From Candidatus Latescibacterota bacterium (GTDB lineage Bacteria; Latescibacterota; UBA2968; UBA8231): a DNA stretch of 64,000 nucleotides. The notes under the pieces are model-generated. The model was not told where the DNA came from and did no database searches. It saw only the letters and a list, made by a program, of their open reading frames with translations. Positions 57,693 to 64,000 of the stretch are shown here, piece by piece. How positions within the stretch are numbered: position 1 is the stretch's first letter; every line of letters starts with the position of its first letter. Made by a program: the position numbers and the translations under genes. The stretch lies in NCBI GenBank assembly GCA_965248355.1, contig OZ252098.1, forward strand, positions 4,320,001 to 4,384,000. Reading direction: 5' to 3'.

Positions 57693-59056
57693 GCTCAGCA
57701 GCTCCCGGGGCGGTTCGGGCTCGACGCCGGCGAGCACGAAGCCGTCCTCCGTGGTCTCGACGCTGGCGTGCCAGCTCTCCTGACCCTGGTCGAGGGAGGG
57801 GCGCTTGCCCTCGGCGAGCCAGTTGAGCAGCCACAGGTGGCCGGGGGGTCGCGGCTGCGCCAGACCGAGGCCAGCAGCGGCCACAGGTGCTCGCGCCAGC
57901 CGCCGGACTCGAAGGCGGCAAAGCCGCTGCTGTCGCCGTACCCGACCTCGCTGCGCAGGTTGTCGGTGGTGATCGCCGCGAGCCGGCAGAGATCGGCCAC
58001 GGGACCTCCGTCCAGGAATCGGTAGTCGCCGCGGGCCAGCAGGTAGTCGTTGGTGTGGCGCGGCGTGAGCCAGACGTAGCCGACGCCGGCGTCATCGTTG
58101 GGCTTGTACCCGGAGGCCTGGCCTTCGAAGATGCGCTCCACGCGCCGGGCCGCGGCCTCGAACTCGGTGATGCCGTGGCGGCGGGAGAGGTAGTCGTGCC
58201 CCGCCGCCAGGTTGAGGCCGACGAAGGTCACGTGGTTCTGGCGCGGCAGGCCGTCGGGATTGACCTCTTCCCTCAGGTAGAACAAGCCGGCCAGCTGCCG
58301 CAGCAGCTCGACGAGCATCTCCACCACCGCCTCCCGGTGGGCGGGCTCGTAGACCGGGTCGTCCTCGACCAGCTCCCACAGGTGGATGAACTGGTCGAGG
58401 TGGAAGAAGTCGTGATACTCCTCGGGATCACGGAGGCGCTGCTCGCGCCAGGGCTGGATGGAGCCGGCGAAGATGGCCGCCACCAGCCGGCCCCAGGACT
58501 CGTGGCCGCTCAGGTAGTGATTCCAGAGATAGGACTTCAGCCGGCCGCCCCGGAAGGGGGAGGCCACCCAGCCGCCGTCCCAGAGGGCCAGGTCGCGGCG
58601 CACGAGCTCGTCGAGCTCGGAGTCGGCCGGCGGCTCGGGAAGGCCCGGCAGGCGGCGGGCGGAGACGCGGCGAGGAAGGCCGCCGGCGGCCTCGACGATG
58701 CGGATCAGCTCCGCCACCGCGGCGTCCAGTCCGGCCTCGCTGCTGGCCCCGGCCACGACGGCGCCGGGACCGTGTCCGAGAGGATCGCGGATCGAGGTCA
58801 GGAGATAGTGGTCGCCGCCCGGAAACAGGGTGTCGACGAAACAGCGCCGGGCGTTGTAGAGCCAGGCCACGGCGGCGTTGTTCGCCATGTTGCCGCAGGC
58901 GATGACGCGGTGGCCGCGGAAGAGGGCCTGGTCGAAGGCGTTGTGCGGAAGGAGCGGAGCGCCGCAGGCGTCGGCCAGCCGGCGCGCCAGCGGTGCCTCC
59001 TCCCAGCCGTCCGGCACGACGACGACGGTGGGGTCCGATGGAGCGGTGACGTTCAT
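57693..59056 (-). pseudogene. Truncated, frameshifted paralog of the 50159-53584 gene (N-terminal ~450 codons)
   Basis: Aligns to about 52190-53530; +2 frameshift in a C run near 57843-57848; homology stops at EPPRELL next to the island end. Confidence 0.88.
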
Positions 59057-59210
59057 TGAGCCGCTGAAGGTACAGACGCAAGGCGGGAGCGTCTTCGCCT
59101 ACACGATGGAGCCGGGCATTCTGCAATGGCGTGGGTACCAGACTGAACCCTCACTTCTAGTACCTTTCTCAGGGACCAGGTGCACCAGACGCCCGAAGGG
59201 AGGCCGCCCG

Positions 59211-59399
59211 ATGTCCGAGTACTGCCCCCACTGCCGCGCCGTCCGCAACGTCACCGTCGAAGTCGCGCGCCGGCGCGTGACCCTCCCGGACGGAAGCGTC
59301 CGCCCGGTACAGATCCGCAGTTCCCATTGCGGCTCCTGCCGTCAGTTCATCCGCAGCGAGGAGATCGAAGAGACCACAGGCCGGAAGGCGGCCCCGTGA
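59211..59399 (+). CDS. Small zinc-ribbon protein (62 aa)
   Basis: GGGAGG SD; MSEYCPHC...HCGSC; stop overlaps the next GTG. Confidence 0.7.
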   Translation: MSEYCPHCRAVRNVTVEVARRRVTLPDGSVRPVQIRSSHCGSCRQFIRSEEIEETTGRKAAP

Positions 59400-60056
59400 G
59401 CGGCGCGGGCTCAGGCGATCAGCCCCTGCGCGGCAAGGCCGCCGTCGTCACCGGGGCCGGCCGCGGCATCGGCCGCGCCATCGCCCTCGCGTACGCCGAC
59501 GCCGGCGCCGCCGTCTGCTGCACGGCACGAACCCGCGAGCAGATCGAGGATACGGCCGGGTGTATCCGCGGCGCAGGCGGGACCGGGATCGCCGTGGCCG
59601 CCGACGTCACGGATCCCGAGGCCGTGGAGAGCATGCTCGCCGCGGCGGCGGAGGCCCTGGGCGGCGTCGACATCCTGGTGGCCAATGCCGGCGGCGTCCT
59701 CGAGTCGAAGCCGGTCCTGGAGGGCGATCCCGCCGTCTGGGAGGCCACGGTGGCCGTGAACCTCTTCGGCGCTACCACTGCATCCGAGCCGCCATCCCCC
59801 ACCTGAAGCGCCGCGGCGGCGGCAAGATCCTCACCATGGGCTCGGGCATGGGCACAACGGGCTGGCCGGCCACTCGGCCTGTTGCTGCGCCAAGGCCGCC
59901 CTGTGGATGCTGACCCGCGTCAGCGCCCACGAGCTGGTGCCGGGGCCGGTGCGCACGGACGCCACCCGGGACGGCGGCGCGGTCTCCGGCATGGAGAGCG
60001 AGTGGGTGAAGTCCCCGGAAGAGGGGTGCCCGAGTCACCGGGGCCCGATGCGGTGA
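59396..60056 (+). pseudogene. SDR family oxidoreductase pseudogene
   Basis: TGAGRGIG, ANAG and NLFG; -1 frameshifts near 59772 and 59853; YxxxK reads CCCAK; shortened C-terminus. Confidence 0.85.
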
Positions 60057-60064
60057 TCGCCGCA

Positions 60065-61465
60065 TCAGAGGGGCGGGCGCTCCTGGCTCCAGGGGGCGAG
60101 CTGCTCGAAGGCGCGGGCGGCGCGCAACACGGTGAGGTCCTGGCGCCAGCCGCCGATGATCTGCAAGCCCACGGGCAGGCCGTCGACGCGGCCGCAGGGC
60201 ACGGTGGCGGCGGGCAGGCCGGTGAGGTTCACCGGGTAGGTGAAGGCCGTCCAGCTCAGGTAGGTCGTCTCACGGCCGGCGATCGAGCCCGGGTGGTCGT
60301 CGCCGGCGGCAAAGGCGGTCACCGGAAGCGTCGGCGTCAGCAGCAGGTCGCGGCCCTCGAAGAACTCCCGCCACCGGTGGTAGCAGGCGTTGCGCTCCAG
60401 GTAAGCCGCGGCCACTTCGGTGCCCCGGAATCCGAACCCCTCCTCGACGACGGCGCGCAGGCCGGGATCGAGGCGGTGGGCGACCTCTTCGAACTCGTCG
60501 CCGAAGGCGGCGGCGAAAGCCGTGGACCACAAGGTATGGAGGAGCCGCCACGGGTCGTCGGTCTCCGGGTGCGCTTCCTCGATGGTGCATCCGAGGTCCG
60601 CGAAGCGGAGAGCGGCGGCCCGGGCGGTATCGGCGACCTGGGGATCGACGGCGGCGTATCCCAGGTCGGAGGTCCAGGCCACGCGCAGTCCCTCCACCCC
60701 AGCCTCGATCTCCTCCAGCGCCACCGGCTCGGCCGGCAGGGAGGTGCGGTCCCGCGCGTCGGGGCCGGCCATGGCCTCCAGCATGAGCACGGCGTCGCCC
60801 ACGGTGCGCGTGATCGGCCCGGCGTGGGACAGGGTCTCCACGACGCTGGCCGGGTGCTGGGGCACCCTTCCCCAGGACGGCTTGAAGCCGAAGGCGCCGC
60901 AGAAGGCGGCGGGGATGCGGATCGAGCCGGCGCCGTCCGTCCCCTGGGCGAGGGCACCCAGGCCGGCGGCCACCGCCGCCGCCGCGCCGCCGCTGGAGCC
61001 GCCCGGGGTGCGCCCGCGCCGCCAGGGGTTGTGGGTCGGTCCGCAGACGCGGTTGCCGGAGTCCCCCTTCCACCCCAGCTCCGGCGTGTTCGTCTTGCCG
61101 AGCAGGATCATGCCGGCGTCCCGCAGGCGCTCGGCGAGGGGGGCGTCGAAGTCGGGGATCCAGTCGGCGGTCAGCAGCGAGCCCCGGGTGGTGCGGATCC
61201 CGCGCGTCGCCGTGAGGTCCTTCAGCGAGCCGGGGATGCCGGCCAGAGGCGGCGGGTCCCCGGCCCCGGAATAGGCGGCCTCGGCGGCTCTGGCCTCCGC
61301 CATGGCCCGCTCGGGGGTGACCGTGACGAAGGCGTTGAGCCCGGCGTCGACGGCCTCGATCCGGCGCAGCACCGCTTCGGTGACCTCCACCGGGGACAGC
61401 TCGCGGCGTTCGTACCGCCGCCGCAGCTCGAGGCCGGAGAGCCAGCACAGATCGGTGTCGTTCAT
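60065..61465 (-). CDS. Amidase signature family protein
   Basis: KDL, GKTNTPE, GGSSGG, GTDGAGSIRIPA and GLPVGLQ motifs. Confidence 0.95.
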   Translation of the reverse strand: MNDTDLCWLSGLELRRRYERRELSPVEVTEAVLRRIEAVDAGLNAFVTVTPERAMAEARAAEAAYSGAGDPPPLAGIPGSLKDLTATRGIRTTRGSLLTADWIPDFDAPLAERLRDAGMILLGKTNTPELGWKGDSGNRVCGPTHNPWRRGRTPGGSSGGAAAAVAAGLGALAQGTDGAGSIRIPAAFCGAFGFKPSWGRVPQHPASVVETLSHAGPITRTVGDAVLMLEAMAGPDARDRTSLPAEPVALEEIEAGVEGLRVAWTSDLGYAAVDPQVADTARAAALRFADLGCTIEEAHPETDDPWRLLHTLWSTAFAAAFGDEFEEVAHRLDPGLRAVVEEGFGFRGTEVAAAYLERNACYHRWREFFEGRDLLLTPTLPVTAFAAGDDHPGSIAGRETTYLSWTAFTYPVNLTGLPAATVPCGRVDGLPVGLQIIGGWRQDLTVLRAARAFEQLAPWSQERPPL

Positions 61466-62454
61466 GCCAGGACCACCTCCCGGCCGCTGCGGGAGGACTC
61501 CAGGCACGCCGTCATCACCTCCACGAGGTGGCGGGCGTACTCCGCGGTGACCGGCGGCTCGGTCCCCGCGTCGATGGCGTCGACGAAGGCCTGCAGCTGC
61601 CGCGTCGTCGCGTCGTGGTCCTCGGTGACCGTGACTTGCTCCCAGTTCCCCTCCTTGCCCACGAAGACGTCGTCCCGTCCGGACTCGATGCCCCTGCGCA
61701 ACTGGATCATCCCGTCCGTGCACACGAACTCGGTGCTGAAACGGGTGCCGCCCGTCCTCCACCACACGTGGATGAGGGTGGCGTGGACGCCGTTCTCGAA
61801 GTGCAGCAGGGCCATGGCCACGTCGTCGGCGGAGAACTCGAAGAAGCGGCTGTCGATCAGCGCCTTGACGGCGGCGACGCGGCTGCCCGTCCACCAGCAG
61901 GAGCGGTCGATCAGGTGGATGCCGTTCTGGTACCACAGCCCGCCGTGAGTGGCCTTGTCGAGATACCAGGCCGGCCTGGCGGGATTGAAGGGCCGGTAGG
62001 CCTCGTCGCAGAGACAGACCAGGTCGCCCAGGGCCCGCTCGTCCAACAGCTTCTTCACCGCCCGGTTCTGCGGCGAGAAGTGGTGCATGTGGCCCACGGT
62101 GAGCTGCCGGCCCGACCGGCGGGCGGCCTCGATCATGGTGTCGCACTGCTCGACGTCGACGGCCATCGGCTTTTCCACCAGCACATGCTTGCCCGCCTCC
62201 AGGGCGGCCACCGCCGCTTCGCAGTGCATGGCGTGGGGGAGGCAGACGATGGCCACGTCGACCTGGTCGTCGGCGAGCAGGTCGTGGTACGTGGAATAGC
62301 CCCGGCAGCCATGCTCCGCGCAGGCGCGGGCCAGTCGTTCCTCGTGGGTATCGGCGATCGCCCGCAACTCCGTAGATTGAAGGGCCGCCGCCGCCCGCAG
62401 ATGCGCCCCGGCGATGCTGCCGGCTCCGATGATCCCGATGCCGTGCGTCCGCAT
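61462..62454 (-). CDS. Gfo/Idh/MocA family oxidoreductase
   Basis: IIGAGSIA, GKHVLVEKPMA and GG...NGIHLID motifs. Confidence 0.93.
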   Translation of the reverse strand: MRTHGIGIIGAGSIAGAHLRAAAALQSTELRAIADTHEERLARACAEHGCRGYSTYHDLLADDQVDVAIVCLPHAMHCEAAVAALEAGKHVLVEKPMAVDVEQCDTMIEAARRSGRQLTVGHMHHFSPQNRAVKKLLDERALGDLVCLCDEAYRPFNPARPAWYLDKATHGGLWYQNGIHLIDRSCWWTGSRVAAVKALIDSRFFEFSADDVAMALLHFENGVHATLIHVWWRTGGTRFSTEFVCTDGMIQLRRGIESGRDDVFVGKEGNWEQVTVTEDHDATTRQLQAFVDAIDAGTEPPVTAEYARHLVEVMTACLESSRSGREVVLA

Positions 62455-62461
62455 GCCTCGT

Positions 62462-62491
62462 ATGCTAACCATGTTCCCGCCCGCGCCTCAA
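62462..62491 (-). promoter_or_regulatory. Putative promoter for a leaderless Gfo/Idh/MocA-amidase transcript
   Basis: TTGAGG (62491-62486), N18, TAGCAT (62467-62462), 7 nt before ATG 62454. Confidence 0.45.
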
Positions 62492-62548
62492 GCTCACCAC
62501 CCGGCGGCCGGCTCGATCCGGACCGTGCTGGCCTGGAGGACCTGACCC

Positions 62549-62755
62549 ATGCCCCGCCTTGACGCCGCGGCCCTGCAGCGGCTGATGATGCGCAGGAACT
62601 TCCTTTTCAAGTTTCAGGTGGCCAACCAGGTCGGCATCAGCTATGCCCGTCTGACCGCCATCCTCGTGGGCGGCGAGACCGAGGTGGAGGAGGAGCTCGT
62701 GGCCCGCCTCTGTGCCGGACTGGACTGCGAGGCTTCGGAGATCCTGGCGAAATGA
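62549..62755 (+). CDS. Small Cro/C1-type (XRE) helix-turn-helix protein
   Basis: GGAGGA SD; QVANQVGISYARLTAIL..G...VARLCAGLDC...EIL. Confidence 0.75.
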   Translation: MPRLDAAALQRLMMRRNFLFKFQVANQVGISYARLTAILVGGETEVEEELVARLCAGLDCEASEILAK

Positions 62756-62834
62756 GACGATTCCCGCCGGTGCGCCGCCGCGGGACGGCGCGGGCGAAGT
62801 CGACCGGCCTTGCAGCCCGTCGCCCGGAGACCCG

Positions 62835-64000
62835 ATGACCCCCGGGACGCCCGAAGCCGGCAGCGGCCGGCTGCGCGCCGCCTTCGGGGATCCCGTCGAC
62901 GAGGGCGCGGTCCGCCAGATCCACGCCTGCATGGCCGACGGCACCGGCGCCGTCGGCGGCGTCCTCATGGCCGATCATCACCTCGGGTACTCCATGCCGG
63001 TGGGGGGAGTGGTCACCTACGAAGGCCGGATCTCGCCCTCGGGGGTGGGCTACGACATCGCCTGCGGCAACAAGGCGGTGCGTGTCGATCTGACCGCCGG
63101 AGAGCTGCGGCCCCGGATGCCGGAGCTGATGGACGAGATCTGGGAGACCATCTCCTTCGGCATCGGCCGGAGGAACAAGGAGCCCGTGGAGGATCCCCTC
63201 TTCGACGACGATCCCGCCTGGAGCATCGAGGTGGCCGCCGGGCTCCGCGGCTTGGCGCGCGGACAGCTCGGCACCGTCGGCGCCGGCAACCACTACGTGG
63301 ACGTCTTCGCCGACGAGGTCGATCGCGTCTGGATCGGCGTGCACTTCGGCTCCCGCGGCCTCGGCCACCGGCTGGCCACTCACTTCATGCGCCTGGGCGG
63401 CGGCTCCGACGACTTCCACGCACCTCCCGTGCTGTTCGACGCCGACTCCCAGGTGGGACGGGAATACCGGGCCTGCATGGAGCTCGCCGGACGTTACGCC
63501 TACGCCGGCCGGGACTGGGTCTGCCGCCGCGTCTGCGAGATCCTCGGATCCCCGGTCCGGGAGCAGGTTCACAATCACCACAACTTCGCCTGGCTCGAGG
63601 AGCACGACGGCCGCCAGGTATGGGTCGTGCGCAAGGGGGCGACCCCCGCCTACCCCGGACAGCGGGGCTTCATCGGCGGCTCCATGGGGGACGTCTCCGT
63701 GATCGTCGAGGGGATCGACTCCGAGGAGGCGGCCCTGGGCTACCGCTCCACCGTGCACGGCGCCGGCCGCGTCATGTCGCGCACGGCCGCGGCCGGCCGC
63801 GTGCGCTGGCGGAGGGGCAAGGGCCGCCGGAGGAAGCCGGTGGTCGTGAAGGAGGGCCGGATCAGCCGCAGGATGATGGAGGACTGGATCCGCGACTGGG
63901 GCGTGGAGCTGCGCGGCGCCGGCACCGACGAGTCCCCCCACTGCTACAAGCGGCTGCCGGAGGTGCTGGAGCACCACGCCGGGTCGATCCGGGTGTTGCA
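62835..64000 (+). CDS. rtcB: RtcB family RNA ligase, 3' end outside the window
   Basis: Not in the ORF track. Manual translation gives MADHHLGYSMPVGG, VGYDIACG, LGTVGAGNHY, HFGSRG, HNHHN, RKGATPA, GGSMG, HGAGR and DESPHCYK. Confidence 0.95.
   Translation, partial: MTPGTPEAGSGRLRAAFGDPVDEGAVRQIHACMADGTGAVGGVLMADHHLGYSMPVGGVVTYEGRISPSGVGYDIACGNKAVRVDLTAGELRPRMPELMDEIWETISFGIGRRNKEPVEDPLFDDDPAWSIEVAAGLRGLARGQLGTVGAGNHYVDVFADEVDRVWIGVHFGSRGLGHRLATHFMRLGGGSDDFHAPPVLFDADSQVGREYRACMELAGRYAYAGRDWVCRRVCEILGSPVREQVHNHHNFAWLEEHDGRQVWVVRKGATPAYPGQRGFIGGSMGDVSVIVEGIDSEEAALGYRSTVHGAGRVMSRTAAAGRVRWRRGKGRRRKPVVVKEGRISRRMMEDWIRDWGVELRGAGTDESPHCYKRLPEVLEHHAGSIRVL

Noticed and set aside
57840..57852. Programmed frameshift in the second gene copy
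   Set aside because: The gene is truncated about 150 nt later anyway, so decay or a homopolymer error is more likely.
60065..61465. gatA
   Set aside because: No gatB/gatC nearby and it is coupled to a catabolic oxidoreductase; generic amidase is the safer call.

Overview
High-GC (about 70% by eye), densely coding bacterial chromosome segment. Three FlgD_ig/'NPFN' C-terminal sorting-type domains, an alpha2-type glycyl-tRNA ligase and TolC/RND genes suggest a diderm FCB-group organism such as Candidatus Latescibacterota (inference only). 1-20 kb is mostly housekeeping: proC-hisH-hisF-proB-ftsB-recO-glyQS, tRNA-Leu(TAG)-tig-clpP-clpX-engB-serA-purA-prpB-prpC-cupin, a lysine-rich histone H1-like/SWIB gene and carA. 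20-50 kb holds sugar-acid catabolism genes, aroC, a TetR-controlled two-subunit RND/TolC efflux system, a redox cluster (YyaL-DsbD lipoprotein, DUF3179-FlgD, FAD/4Fe-4S membrane protein), ltaE and a coupled ggt / DNA methyltransferase / CgeB-type glycosyltransferase operon. 50-60 kb is a rearranged accessory zone. It has a large heparinase-like/beta-propeller gene, then a lower-GC island of predicted secreted proteins (including one with a transglutaminase-like Cys-His-Asp triad flanked by TPR-like genes and sorting-domain genes), then a truncated diverged second copy of the large gene and an SDR pseudogene. The window ends with amidase, Gfo/Idh/MocA, a small HTH gene and rtcB. Best leads: (1) slippery A_AAA_AAG and A10 tracts exactly at the H1-like/SWIB junction with an immediate -1 frame stop, and (2) the secreted transglutaminase-like cassette and how it was acquired. 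All calls come from motif reading; no searches were run.
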